Shown: positions 13,011 to 28,484 of the stretch, piece after piece
Numbering within the stretch: the first letter of the stretch is position 1
Layout of the letters: the number at the start of each line of letters is the position of its first letter
NCBI GenBank assembly: GCA_951406725.2
Contig: OX597822.1
Coordinates: 45,074,001 to 45,138,000 of the forward strand
Source: Octopus vulgaris
Taxonomy: Eukaryota
Length of the DNA stretch: 64,000 bases
Reading direction: 5' to 3'
Translations under genes and position numbers: made by a program
Notes under the pieces: generated by a model
What the model saw: the letters and a program-made list of their open reading frames with translations, nothing else
Databases searched by the model: none
What the model was told of the DNA's origin: nothing

Positions 13011-13270
13011 GGCAGGCAGACAGACAGACAGACAGACAGGCAGAGAGTATAACGGTAAGACGAGGGGATAAAGTTGGCGAGAAGGAGAGAAAGCGACGAC
13101 GGACTTGATGAAGAAATGGAGGACAGGAGACAGGAGATGACAGGAGAGAGACAGACAGACAGACAGAGAAATAGGGAGAGATAGTGATAGTGGGAGAAGG
13201 AAGGGGAGTAGGAAAGATAAAAGGAGGGACATAGAGACAGAGGGAGAGAGAAGGAGGGAAACAGAAAATG
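10910..13270. repeat. low-complexity CT-rich then GA-rich block with internal duplications and (GACA)n
   Basis: Unit at about 11000-11240 repeated at 11248-11440; 12090-12170 repeated at 13170-13250; source of the spurious 470-aa ORF. Confidence 0.8.
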
Positions 13271-13360
13271 AAACAATACCGTAAGAAAATACATGAAAAA
13301 CAAGTGTGATAGTGGGGCCTGAGGATGACAATTAGTTTCCAAGTTCATATAAATAAATAT

Positions 13361-13574
13361 GGCGTAGTAGTAGCTGTGCGGTAAGTAGCTTGCTTACCAA
13401 CCACATGGGTTCGTGCTCAATACCACTGCGTGGCACCTTAGGCAAGTGTCTTCTACTATATCCTCGAGCCGACCAAAGCCTTGTGCGTGGATTTGGTAGA
13501 CGGCAACTGAAAGAAGCCCGTCATATATATATATATATATAAGTGTGTGTGTGTGTGTGCGTGTGTGTGTGTCT

Positions 13575-13632
<58 letters not shown>

Positions 13633-13662
13633 GTGTGTATGTGTTCGTGCCCCTAACATCGC
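13361..13662 (+). mobile_element. SINE family B, 3' truncated
   Basis: ggcgtagtagtagctgtgcggtaagtagcttgcttaccaaccacatggg..aagaagcccgtc(TA)n(TG)n. Confidence 0.8.
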
Positions 13663-13776
13663 GTAAAGTCCTGTCTGTCTGAAGGCCTTGTTGTGACTTG
13701 ACAAACAATACAAATCCCCGCTAGACACAATATCTTCAATCAACGAACTCACGATATTGAGTACTGTGCGACGTCA
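13661..13776 (+). mobile_element. 3' end of a second Dong-like RLE LINE family
   Basis: gcgtaaagt.ctgtc..ctga...ccttg.tgtgacttga..caatatcttcaat..gatattg..tactgt matches 14792-14905; followed by (TAA)n. Confidence 0.75.
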
Positions 13777-13837
13777 ATAATAATAATAATAATAATAATA
13801 AAAAATAATAATAATAATTATTATTATTATTATTATT

Positions 13838-13876
<39 letters not shown>

Positions 13877-13878
13877 AC

Positions 13879-13930
<52 letters not shown>

Positions 13931-13984
13931 AACATGATAATAATAATAATACTAATAACAACAACAACAACAATAATAATATTG

Positions 13985-14910
13985 ATAAATGGACCTGAGA
14001 GTGCTTATGAATTCCGATCACGAATAGCTAACGGGAGAGAAGAAACCCTACTCCGCATGGAATTTTATGGTCAGTTCCGTTATGAAAATAGCAAAAAGAC
14101 CAGGAAACATCGTGGAGGTGGCTCAGCAACGGTGACCTAAAAAAAGAAGGCTGAAAGCCTAATCATCGCTGCCCAGGATCAGGCATTAAATACCAACTCA
14201 GTGAAAAGGGATATATAGCACACAAGTGCAACCAACCTCTGCAGAACGTGTGGGGAGAGGGTCGAAAGCGTGCCTCAGATTGTTAGTGTTTGTGAAAGTC
14301 TTGCGCAGAAAGAGTACAACAACAGACACGACAAGGTAGCCCAAAACCTTCACTGGTTACTATGCGGGAAGTATTTATATGAGGTAAAGGGTGCTTGGTA
14401 CCAACATACACTAGAAAATCTAATGGATGAAAAGGCGAAGGTAAAAATCCTTTGGGAGTTTGACGTCCAGATAGACACCGAAGGCCAGGTATAGTAATTT
14501 TTAGGGGGGTGGGGGGCAAGCAAGAGTGCCTAATAATTGAAGTGGCAGTGCCAGGAGATCAACATATCATCATGAAAGAAAGAGAAAAAGTGGATAAATA
14601 TGGCGACTTGAGAATTGAGATCGCCAAGATGTGGTTGCTACGAGAGTCAAACATAAAGTTTGCCCTTATTGTCATCGGAGAATTGGGTTCAATACCACCC
14701 AACCTGAGAATAAACATCTGGAAGTTTTAGAAATATCCTAAAATCTAGGTGTAATGCAAAAATCAGCGTTGCTTAGACCTGCATGCATATTGCGTAAAGT
14801 ACTGTCCTCTCTGAGATCCTTGCTGTGACTTGATAAACAGTACAAAACCCCGGTATAATACAATATCTTCAATTAACATCATGATATTGGATACTGTCAG
14901 GCGTCTTAAA
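13985..14910 (+). mobile_element. decayed 3' fragment of an R4/Dong-like RLE LINE
   Basis: ESLIIAAQDQAL, CRTCGERVE, RHDKVAQNLHWLLC, KILWEF, IIEVAVP, EKVDKYGDL; flanked by (TAA)n/(TGA)n. Confidence 0.85.
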
Positions 14911-15186
14911 TAATGATGATGACGATGATGATGATGATGATGATGATGGTTTCTTTATGAGTCATAAGTGCCCCTATAAAGTTGCAACTATGCGTCACAT
15001 ATACATTAAACCGGAAACTAGCAAAACACAAAACAGAACATGCTAGAGATTAATAACACACACACGCACAAACGCACTCACACGGAAACAACACACTCAC
15101 ACAGAAACACACTCACACACAAACACATACACAAATACACGCAGACACAAGTTTCATGCTAATCAATGTATATAAGATTGTAGAAC

Positions 15187-15543
<357 letters not shown>

Positions 15544-15730
15544 CATTTTCCTAATTTCTATTTATGTATCCTTTTGTTATCTCCTTTTATGCTGTAGTGT
15601 TTCCCCTTGATCGATGGAACTGTGTTTTTTATTTTGTGCTGTATCTCCATGTTTTGGGCCCTTGTGGCCAATAAAAGAAACCTTTACCACCATCGTCATC
15701 ATCATCATCATCATCATCATTATTACTACT

Positions 15731-15764
<34 letters not shown>

Positions 15765-16389
15765 TTGCTGTTGCTGTTGTTAATTAAATATCAGCTCGAT
15801 GTTTCAATCAACTGCTTTCAGTTTGAAGTCTCCTGTTCGGCGTCGTTATATTCTGCACCTGAGAAGAATTAAAGCAGTAACTTGAAATGGTTTACTGTAT
15901 TGGAGGGTTAATAGTCGCATAAAGATAATCACGCGCACACACCCCCACACACACAATTTCTCCCAAACACGTGCGCGCGCGTGTACAGCTTACATTTCTC
16001 ATTTATACTCTCTCTTTATACGGTCCCTTTTAGACAAAGCGCTAATTTACATCGACGCAAACAAACCAACACTACTTCACAAACACAAACACACACACAT
16101 GCATACATATATATATACATACACACACACGTACATATATAAATACGTATATACATACATATATACATACATGCATAGTACGTATATTATGTGCTACTTG
16201 GTTATACGCTTCCTACTATATGTACAATGTTGTAACTTCTATTTGCGAATGAAACACCTGTAATGGCCAATGAATAATACAAAAAAATTTCCAGTCTCTT
16301 GTTTTGATACGTACATACAAACACACTCACATATATATATAATGGGTTATTTTCTTTGGCTGTTAAAATAAAATATATCAGTTCTATAT

Positions 16390-16595
16390 AAGGATCCCTT
16401 CCCGGGGCCCTATTATCGAGTTTTTCAACAATCTGAGTATGCCATGAAGTTTTCAGACATAAGTACTCTTCACGTGTCAAGTTTCATCAAAATCGATAAA
16501 ATGATGTAGGAGGAGTTGGCTAACAACTCGGCAAACAAACATATCCACAAACAAAATTTCTCACATATGTAGTGTATATATATATATATATAGAT
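16390..16595 (-). mobile_element. probable non-autonomous Helitron 5' segment
   Basis: gtgtcaagtttcatcaaaatcgat motif shared with the Helitron derivative at 30270-30295; ends in ..tatatagat (TC start on minus strand). Confidence 0.45.
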
Positions 16596-16771
16596 ATATA
16601 TATATATGGGTGTGTGTGATTGTGTATAGAAGAATATATTAATAAAAAGAATTCCAACCTTGTCTGATTTTCACGTTTTATTTACAATCTTATAATGATA
16701 TATTATAAGATAATATATTATAATTGAATAAAATAAAATGAAATAGTAGAATGTTAAATATTCATTCTGAT

Positions 16772-16816
16772 TGAACTAGTACTTTCATGCATTGAATTCT
16801 GCAATCTTCGGGTTCA
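16772..16816 (-). ncRNA. minimal hammerhead ribozyme in the Penelope pseudo-LTR
   Basis: Minus strand TGAAC-CCGAAGA-T-TGCA-gaattcaa-TGCA-T-GAAAGTACTA-GTTCA: 5-bp stem I, 4-bp stem II, palindromic stem III AGTACT. Confidence 0.75.
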
Positions 16817-17310
16817 TGTAGTAGTGTTGACAGTCATGCTTCACAATTTTTGACTGTAGCAAGATGAGTGATTCTGTACTATAAATACACCTGGGTAGGC
16901 TCCAGAGTGCTAGGTTTTGCAAACTGTATTCTGACCAATCAGTGTGTAGTATCACTCAATTACTTAAGCTGATTGGTTGGTTGAGCTGATTGGTTTAGGC
17001 ATCACGCTTTGTTGGACAGGTCAAGAGTCCTGTATCTTGACCCTGGCCGAAGCAGCAATTGTTGGGTTATTTTTAGAAATGTTGTAAATATCCTTTGTCA
17101 GAGATTTTTATATTTTTATATTTCAATTGTCATCATCATCATTGTCAGCACCTTAATTATTGTTGCTAGTGGTGATGGTGGTGGCAATAGAACTTTTAAC
17201 CCTAAATAAGATAATTTTCCTGCTATCTTCGTCTTGATCACCTTTAGTATTGTTGTTGTTGTTAGTGGGCATGGTCGTAGCAGTGGAAGTAATACCTCTA
17301 AGTATTATTA

Positions 17311-19012
17311 TTATTGCTTATTTAGCTTGGGTTCGAATTTATCAATAAAATTCTTTTCTCTGATTTTCCTCTCGATTTCACTTGGGCTGTGTAATTTGTA
17401 GAATGGAAATATTATATATATTTTCCGACCACATGTTGCTAGGTGGTTACTCAAAGGTATCTGACGGACCTCTGGGTCTCTAATCTGTTGCCGGTGTACA
17501 CGTGAGCGTTCTAATAGTGCGTTTCCCGTCTGACCTACATATATTTCTTCACAATTTGGGCATTTGATGCAGTAAATTAAATTTCTGCTTTTGCAGTTCA
17601 TATTCGCGTTTGTGAATATTTTCCCGGTTTTTGTGTTTATATATTGACCGGTATGTATGAATTGGCATGTGCCACATCGGCTATCATTGCATTTAGATAC
17701 CGTGAATGTTTGGTCTTTGTTGCTGAGGTCAAATTTTGCCTTTGTTAGTAATGTTTTCAAGTTTTTAGGCTGTCTTTTACTAAGCACCATAGCTCGATCC
17801 TTGATTATGTCTTTTAATTCATTACTTTGGGCAATGATTGGTAGGTTTGCTTTGGCAATGTTGAAGATATTCTGGTGACATGGGTTGTGTGTCACTATGA
17901 ATGGTATGACTTGTTCTTGTTTTCCTCTTCCTTGGGTTGTCCTAAGTTGTTGTATAGGTATTTTTATAGCCCGCTGTATGCCATTTTCTATAAGTAGAGA
18001 TGGGTATTTTTGTTTGAGCAAAAATTCTCTTAGTTCTATTAGGCGTTTGTTCCTGATATTTGCATCTTCTACAATAGTACAAATTCTTCTGGCTAGGCAG
18101 TATGGGATGTTACGTTTTGTATGTGGTGGATGGCACGACTTAAAATTTAGGTATTGATGTGTGTCTGTGTGTTTATAGTATATATCTGTGGTGATGGTGG
18201 TGTCTTTTTTAATTACCATTATATCCAGGAATGGTAATTTGGTACTACTCATCTCCTTTGTAAATTTGAGAGATGGGTGTAGGTTGTTCAGGAGGATATT
18301 GAACTCTTCCAGAGTATTTAGAGATTCTGTCCAGATTATGAAACAGTCGTCTAGGTATCTCTTCCATGCCTTTTCAATATACTTTCTAAATCCAGTGCCA
18401 TAGTTTACCTCCACCTCTTGGTAGAGTTGTTCTTCTAAGTATCCCATTACAGAGTTGGCGTAAACGGGAGCAAACCTCGTTCCCATCGCCGTGCCTCTAA
18501 TTTGGATGTAATTCTTTCCATTGAAGAAGAATGTGTTATTTTCTAGAATAAGTTTGACTGTGTCTAATATAAATGGCACTGTGAATCTGTTGGGAATCAC
18601 TTCTCTATGTTTTTCTAACCAGTATTTAATCGCCTTTATTCCTAAATCGTGTGGAATATTGGTGTAGAGGCTTACCTCATCAAAACTTAGTAAAACTGAA
18701 TTTGTTTCTGTTGTTTTGGGAAGATGGGACAGGAAGTCGATGTCATCCCTGATGAAACTTGGTATGTAAGTACATAGCGGTTTCAAAACAATGTCAATAA
18801 AATTGCTTAGACGGTGTGTAGGGCATGCTGGACCAGCTATAATAGGTCTAAGTTTTAGGTCTTTTGGATGTAATAATTTTATGTACTCACTTTCTTGTTC
18901 TTTTACTGCCTGTTGAATGTTTTTTGATTTGTGTATTTTTGGTAAGCCGCAGAAGTTGCTGGGTTTTGGTTCAAAATTGGTGATGTAGTCTTTTTCATTA
19001 TCCGTAAGTGAG
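17311..19012 (-). CDS. Penelope reverse transcriptase plus GIY-YIG endonuclease (N-terminally truncated, otherwise open)
   Basis: [50 protein letters not shown], CxxxxCxx[16 protein letters not shown]; the annotated N-terminal (YI)n is microsatellite. Confidence 0.92.
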
Positions 19013-19161
<149 letters not shown>

Positions 19162-19225
19162 CATACAATTGTTTCAGCACACGACGGCATCAGATCAGGT
19201 CACTTGCTATGCAAATGCATCTCCG

Positions 19226-19280
<55 letters not shown>

Positions 19281-19283
<3 letters not shown>

Positions 19284-19816
19284 GGTGTCCCAAAAAAATG
19301 TATACACTTGCTGCAACAGTCTGTCATGCCAAACATTAGAGAGGACTTTGAACAGGAAGAGTTTTATTTCCAGCAAGATGGGGCAATCCTACACTACCAT
19401 CGCGATGTTAGATCCTTTCTTGATGGGATCTTGCCAAACAGGTGGATTGGACGGAGAGGTTTTGTCGAATACCCTCCACGTTCACCAGACCTCACACCAC
19501 TAGACTTCTTTTTATGGGGATACCTAAAGGACAAAGTCTACGCACAGAAACCTGCAACAGTCGTTCAATTGAGGGCAACCATTGAACATGAATGTACGAA
19601 TATCCCAAGGGAATTGTTCCATGATGTGTGCCATTCCATCGCTTCGCGTTGTCAGCAGTGTCTGGAGCAGAACGGACATCAGTTTGAGAACATGCGATAA
19701 CAAGACAATAGAATGATATTTGTAAATTCTTTTACATGTTGAAAATTATTCGAATTATAATAAACCCCAAATCTACAATTATTTAAGGTGTGTATACATT
19801 TTTTTGGGACACCCTG
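19281..19816 (+). mobile_element. internally deleted Tc1/mariner element with DD41D spacing
   Basis: Perfect 27-bp TIR cagggtgtcccaaaaaaatgtatacac, TA on both sides; [31 protein letters not shown] with 41 residues between the two Asp. Confidence 0.92.
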
Positions 19817-20226
19817 TATATATGCACTACGGGTTACTCTCAGTCTCTGTCTACCATATTCACTGATAAAACAATATGGCATTGGTTTATCGAAGGCCAT
19901 TATAGAAGACACGTACTCGAAGTTCTGCGCTGTAGAACTGAACCTAAAACCTCGTAGTTTTCAAGTGAGCTTCTTTATCACACAGCCATGCCTGCTCCTA
20001 TTTATCTATAGAACGAAATTAAATCGAAAATATCTTATTAAACTTGTTCCTCTAATGTACTTGTATCTAAACATTGATCGTATTTTGAAGAATGTCTGGA
20101 TTTCCATTGACACTAAGAATAAGACAATTAATCAAACTGTCTCTGCTTTTGCCTGTCTGTCTGTTTGTCTATCCGTTTGGTTTTCTGACTATTTCTTCAT
20201 TTCTGTCTATATACCTCTGGTTAAGC

Positions 20227-20282
<56 letters not shown>

Positions 20283-20657
20283 ATGTGTGTGTGTGTGCGT
20301 GCGTGTGTGTGTGTGTGTGTGTGGTTAAGCGTGTATGTATATATGTGTGTGTATGCTTGTGTGTCGTTCTCTGTTTATTCCATCTCAGTACTTGTTACCT
20401 GCCCTTCCACTTCTCTCTCTCTCTTTTTATTAGTCTGCTTCTCTTTCTCGCTTTCTCTCTCTTCCTCTCTCTCTTTCTTTCTCTCTCTCTTTCTCTATTT
20501 CTTTCTCCCTTTCTTTCTCTCTCTTTCTCTCTTCTCTGTCTGTCTCTGTATTTCTCTCTCACACTCTCTCTCTTTATTAGTCTGTTTCTCTCACTCACTT
20601 TCTCCGTCTTCCTCGCTCTCTTTCTCTCTTCCTTTCTTTCTCTCTCTCTCTGTCTTA

Positions 20658-20756
<99 letters not shown>

Positions 20757-21033
20757 ATCTATTTATCTATCATCATATATGCGTGTGCGTGTGTGTGTGT
20801 GTGGTTTCGATTCCTGGACCAAGCGATGCGTTGTCTTCTTGAACAAAACACTTCATTGCTTGTTGCTCCTGTACACCCAACAGAAAAGCGAATAATCTTG
20901 ATACTGATTACCTTCCTTTTTCGCCATAGCATATGGAAATCCGACCTCATAAGCCTGTGGTTCGAGAACGTACTTTTATCCCTTTATGATCTATATGTCT
21001 ATCTATCTATCTCTTTATCCTTATCAATCACTA

Positions 21034-21085
<52 letters not shown>

Positions 21086-21151
21086 GCATGTATATATAAT
21101 TATAACAAGGGCTTGGCTTGCGCGCGCATATATATATGTATGTACATATAT

Positions 21152-21660
21152 ACAGAGTGCAAAGATATTTGAGGACAGATTTACATTTATAAAAATACAG
21201 ATATATAATAACAGGTAATAACTTTATTTATCAAAAATGCTATGAGGATAAAAATAAACCTTCTTTTCTGTAATGTTGTTCAATAAAGCCACCTTCAGGT
21301 TCAACAACTGCTTCTATATGAGATCTAAATCATCTCCATACTCAAATCAAGTGGCCCTGGTTCATTTTGGACATTGCTCTGACTATGGTAGCTTTCAAAG
21401 AATCTTTGGTGTTATGGGCATGTTCATTCACTTCTCTCTCAACAATGCGCCACATTTTATAGTCCAATGGATTGAGATCTGGGGAATTGGGAGGCCAAAT
21501 GTTAGGGGTTATGTGATCATGAAAATTTTCAACCATCCTGTGTTACTAGAGCCATGTGTGATAGTGCAGAGCCTTACTGAAACACATATGGCCTTCCATT
21601 GCATACGCTGTCTATGCTTAACAATTATTCCAGGACCTCGATGTACGCGGCAGAGTTAAC
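21152..21660 (-). mobile_element. mariner/maT-like transposase 3' fragment
   Basis: WPPNSPDLNPLDYKMW..VN..AHNT..SLK..I; end tacagagtgc next to (TA)n. Confidence 0.75.
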
Positions 21661-21699
21661 ACTAAGACCTTGTGTAAAGAAGTAAGAAGACATCGCATG

Positions 21700-23793
<2,094 letters not shown>

Positions 23794-23794
23794 G

Positions 23795-24200
23795 AATTAT
23801 AGTTTATAATCATTCAAAAAAAAAGAAAAGAGAGACATAGCATTTAATAAAAATTTATTAACTGCTTAAGAAATCAACCTTACAGCTGTTTTAATTAGGC
23901 TTAATAGATTAAATAGCAATTATTAAAATAATCATTATATAAGGCAAAATCACTTCAGAGGAGTAAAAAAAATGTCTGCTGTGATGATTCTAAAATACAA
24001 CATTTAGAAACCTAACGGTATATCTTTTTTCTACATTTCTGAAGAGATTTTGCCTAATATAATGATTTTAATAACTACTATTTAATCTATTGAAACAGCT
24101 GTAAGGAACTATATTTGATATTTGCAGTTAATTTATTTTTAAATGCTAGATCTCCAATTTCTTACTTTCTTTTGAATGATTATAAACCACGATTTATATA
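23795..24200. repeat. imperfect foldback (arms of about 200 bp), each arm with a decayed hammerhead-like motif
   Basis: tttataatcattcaaaa..ccttacagctgttt..aggcaaaatc.cttcaga mirrored by tctgaagagattttgcct..gaaacagctgtaagg..ttttgaatgattataaa. Confidence 0.8.
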
Positions 24201-24225
24201 TAAATCTATTGTTTTATAAATATTA

Positions 24226-25267
24226 CGAGCAGAAATATCCGGCGTTGCCCGGTTTAAAGAGAATAATGAAATTTAAAAGCGCCGTCTAGATTACGCAGGT
24301 CTCAACGCTTGCCAGCAAGGAACATAGATATTAAGTGAAATATTAAAAGAAAGTTTTCAACTTATATATGCATATAAAGTAAATACACGTAATTCAAAAA
24401 TACGTTTTGTGTGGCTTATTTCGTAACCAAAAAATAGGTATAGATTATTAACAATGAACGGCCAATTTGGTGATTCATTTGACAGAAGTAGTAGAGCGCC
24501 AATCTGATGATAAATCTGACCTTGGATCTTGAAATGTTGCATGAATCCTGGCTCAGTTAAATCTCATGTGGCTCCAAATGATGCCATCAGTAGTGCAGTA
24601 TTGTATTGTCTAATTTTGCTTTGGAAGTGCTTCGAATCTTGGTCAATTGATGGCAAAAGTTTCTTCAATGGTCTGGAGGTTGGGGGATTGTAGGGAGTTT
24701 AACCTTTCGACCACTGCAGCACAGTGCATATGTCTCTCCAAGTCACTTCATTGCTTTACAATGTATGCACTCAGTTGTCATTGCACCAATGGAAACTCTA
24801 GTGTCATCTGCATAATGAAATGCTGGATCATAATTTGCTTCATAGAGGTTGTTTCTCTGAACTGTTGCAACTGCTCTTCGTTCTTCAGTGGGCATCCTAT
24901 TGCTCACAAGTATGGAAGCAATTGGGGAAACCGTTTTCAGGTGAAAAGCGAATTCACGCACATCTCTATTTTATATATTGATGAGATTGTGATAATTTTT
25001 TGACCAATGAATGTAAGGGAGAATATCAGTTTCTGAAAGTTACTTCGCAAAGAGTTACCTTACTTATCTACGTAAGCCAGGAACGGATGCTTTCTGCTAC
25101 CAGGGAGTCCGTTACTCATTATATGAAAACTTTTAAGAGTCTAAAACCATCCCTGGAACATAAGTAATGTATGTTCCCAGTTTCGAGAAAATCAGTTGAA
25201 AAACACGGCCGTTATAATTTCTTACGCACATACACACACACAGACAGAACGGGATTTATATCATAGA
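24226..25267 (-). mobile_element. Helitron deletion derivative with Rep/helicase N-terminal remnants
   Basis: Minus strand starts TC, ends ccgggcaacgccgg hairpin plus CTCG (CTAG variant); SIGAMTTECIHCKAMK and FKIQGQIYHQIG motifs. Confidence 0.8.
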
Positions 25268-25352
25268 TTATTCACAACAAATATTAGGTATTGAACCAGT
25301 AATTCATTGGCAGATACATCCCTTAATAAGGCTAATTTAACCTCTAATTGAG

Positions 25353-25448
<96 letters not shown>

Positions 25449-26321
25449 TGTATGTGTATGTATGTATGTATGTATGTATGTATGTATGTATGTATGTATG
25501 TATGTATGTATGTATATACGTACAAATGTATACATATGTACATACATGCATAAATACATACATATATACAAGAATGCATACATATGTATGTGAATCAAAA
25601 TTCTTTAATCAAAATTCAGGGAGACCAAAAATCCAAAGATGACTCTGCCATTTATATATAACTGTGGAGCAAATAGTTTTATGTTGCAGATTTAATACAT
25701 TAGCAAAAATATCTGCTTTCTCTTAATCATTTGCTCCTAAGAAACAATATATTTTGTAATCTTAAAACCTTGATTTAAAATGTCAAGGATGTGTATAACA
25801 ACCATATTCATTCTAACAAGCCAGATAAATTGTATCAAGAAGATAGGGGTCCGTACGACCGTAGTTCATATTTAACGCAAGCACCAAGGATTATTGTAAA
25901 CCGAGTAGTAACGTAGCAATGTAATATCAACAATTCGGGATTTAAGATTTCTTCTGAAATTTTTATCCAGGATCTAACGAATCGCTAACTGTTCTAATTC
26001 TTCATTTCATGCTTAAGAATCGTAAACCGGATTTCAGAAATAATCTGTATATAAGGCTGGTTAATTCTAAGTACCACTAAATCATAAGCAGACAGAACAA
26101 GCATGTATTAGAAATGATATTAGCTGAGCTTAAAGAAGGAGCTTCTTAACAAAATTAAATAATTCCTTTCGGTGATAGCCTGATTTAAAGGTGTCCCTAA
26201 TAAGACACGTACAAATTTATTCAATTTTCTATTAATATGTACTGTCGTGGTAAAAAGTGTGGTGCATTTTTTAAAATTAAAATTGTTATGGCCAAGTACA
26301 ATTCGATTCATAAATATATAC

Positions 26322-26504
26322 ATTTCTTTATTGCCCACAGGGGACTAAACATAGTGGAGACAAACAAGGGATGACAAAGGGATTTAAGTCGATTACCTAG
26401 ACCCCAGTGTGTAACTGGTACTTATTTAATCGAGCCCGAAATGATGAAAGGTAAAATCGACCTCGGCGGAATTTGAACTCAGAACGTAAAGAGATGAAAT
26501 ACCT
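26322..26504 (-). mobile_element. SINE family A, 5'-truncated at aGGTATTTC, tail type 1
   Basis: Match to family A body and tail. Confidence 0.8.
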
Positions 26505-26634
26505 AAAAAATGGCAGAATCACAAACGTAGTTCTAGTCCAAAATGTTTGCTTTTAATATAACTTTGAGCATTTATTATAAAGATTCTAATTTTCAGATCT
26601 ATGTTCCAAATTTTTGGCCACGACTGAAACATAA

Positions 26635-26849
26635 GGCAGTAAGCTGGCAGAGTCGTTAGTACACAGGTCAAAATGCTTAGCCGCATTTCGTCCGTCTTTA
26701 CGTTCTGAATTAAAATTCCATCGCGGTTAACTTTGAGTTTCATCCTATCGGGAACGATAAATTAGAGATCAGTGAAACACTGGGGGTCGATGTAATCGAC
26801 TTATCCCTCACCCGAAATTTCTGGCCTTGTGCCAAAAGTTGAAACCAAT
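26635..26849 (+). mobile_element. SINE family A, tail type 2
   Basis: agctggcagagtcgttag..aaatttctggccttgtgcc tail. Confidence 0.8.
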
Positions 26850-26894
26850 ATGTACTGTACTTCCATCTCAAATACCGCTTCATGTTATTGTTGT

Positions 26895-27193
26895 TTGTTC
26901 CTTCTCGAACTACGCCTGGCTCATAGGGCCGGTTTCCTCAGTTTTCTTGGCGTATAGGTTCCCCACCTGGAGGGGACGCCGGTCCGTCGCAGGTGAGCTG
27001 CAAGATGCAGGAGGAAAGAGTGAGAGAAAGTTGTGATGAAAGAGTCAGCAGAGGTTCGCCATTACCTTTTGCTGGAGCCGCGTGGAGCTTAGGTGTTTCA
27101 CTCATAAAAACACACATCCCCCGGGCTGAGATTCGAACCCGCGATCCCTCGACCGCGAGTCCGCTGCTCTAATCACTAGGCCATGGGCCTCCA
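26895..27193 (-). mobile_element. SINE family C with target-site duplication
   Basis: Reverse complement of 9018-9280; cgcttc(a/g)tgttatt on both flanks. Confidence 0.85.
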
Positions 27194-28484
27194 CGCTTCG
27201 TGTTATTACTGTTGCCTAAATCAATACTGATTTGAGTGATTCTGAGGTTGATGTGCCATAATCTTTGATAATTCAGTTTGGATAAATACTCACTTTTAAC
27301 CTGAGTATGGTTACGAGCATTTAAACGGCTGTTACTGGTCGTATTTATCCATCTATTCTATTTCATTTTAGGAGTGCGTTCCCTCGTATAGGACAAGATA
27401 TGTAAAGAGATGATAGCCTATTCACGAGGATCAACTGCAACCCCTGCGCTAAAGATAGATTCAGATATTAGTGGAATGAGTTTTTTGCACGGTTTTAATC
27501 TGTCCATTATGTTAGACACGAATCGATCTTTAATAAATATTTTGGAGTGGATTATCAATGGATTATTAGAAAACCTAATTCGACCATCAATTATATCTAC
27601 AAATCTTGGAGCCAACCAAATAATATTTCAAAAATGTTTTGAAATGTCTCCTTAAAGTTGCTTTGGTTGGCAGCGAATGGACATATTTTTAAAGATTACT
27701 CATCGTATTATAATGAAGCTTCAACTTGTAGCGGTTTGGGGGATAATATGTATTATATTAATTACGAGCGTCGGATTAGGAGGATTAAGCCTAGTAATAT
27801 CATTTGATATAATCCACCGTTTAAAATGGAAGCGGTAATAAATATAGCTAGAGATTATACACAATGCATTATAGGATCTTTAACAAGAATACTATTAAAT
27901 TATCTTACCTTACAAATCTTATCCTCAAGCAACACATTACATCTTATAATTTAATTAAGATAACAAGTAGTAATAATAACGTCTTTACGTCGATTTGTAG
28001 GTATAAAGTAAATTGTGAGTTTATAGGAATGACTTCACTGTTGAAGGAGGTTGTTATTGGTGTAGACTATGATTTTAGCAAAGATCAAATCTCATAACGG
28101 CTTTGCAATGTATGTACAACGGAAGTAATGTAGATCGTTTTTTTCCTGAACATTCAGTATGGAATAGGAATACTGAAATCATATCAGCGTGTAAGCAGAG
28201 GACATATTAAACATAAACACATTACTGTCCGTACATATCCTAAATGGATGATAGCACTGTCTTATTCCGATAACCAACATTTTCGAAAGAGCAATTCGAA
28301 GAAATGTGACAATGATGTTTGGATTTGAGTCAGTTTTACAACTAAATCATTGCATATTGATTTTCATACGAAATATGAGTCTAATATAAATATATGTCCA
28401 TTAGAGTGCTGGTATTAAAGTATTCCTATATGCTTCTATTTGTATGGAATGTTATTTAGATTAACGGAATATTTTCCTGGTTTC

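Larger units (their letters stand above)
16630..19012 (-). mobile_element. 5'-truncated Penelope-like element with pseudo-LTR
   Basis: RT + GIY-YIG ORF followed on the minus strand by CCAATCAG boxes, TATTTATAG, a hammerhead and AATAAA; 5' truncation abuts (TA)n. Confidence 0.92.

Noticed and set aside
11936-13348. 470-aa ORF
   Set aside because: Translation of CT/CTGT low-complexity repeats; no domain
19788-21218. 476-aa ORF
   Set aside because: Runs through a TIR, SINE fragments and (TA)n/(TG)n/(CT)n; absence of stops reflects composition
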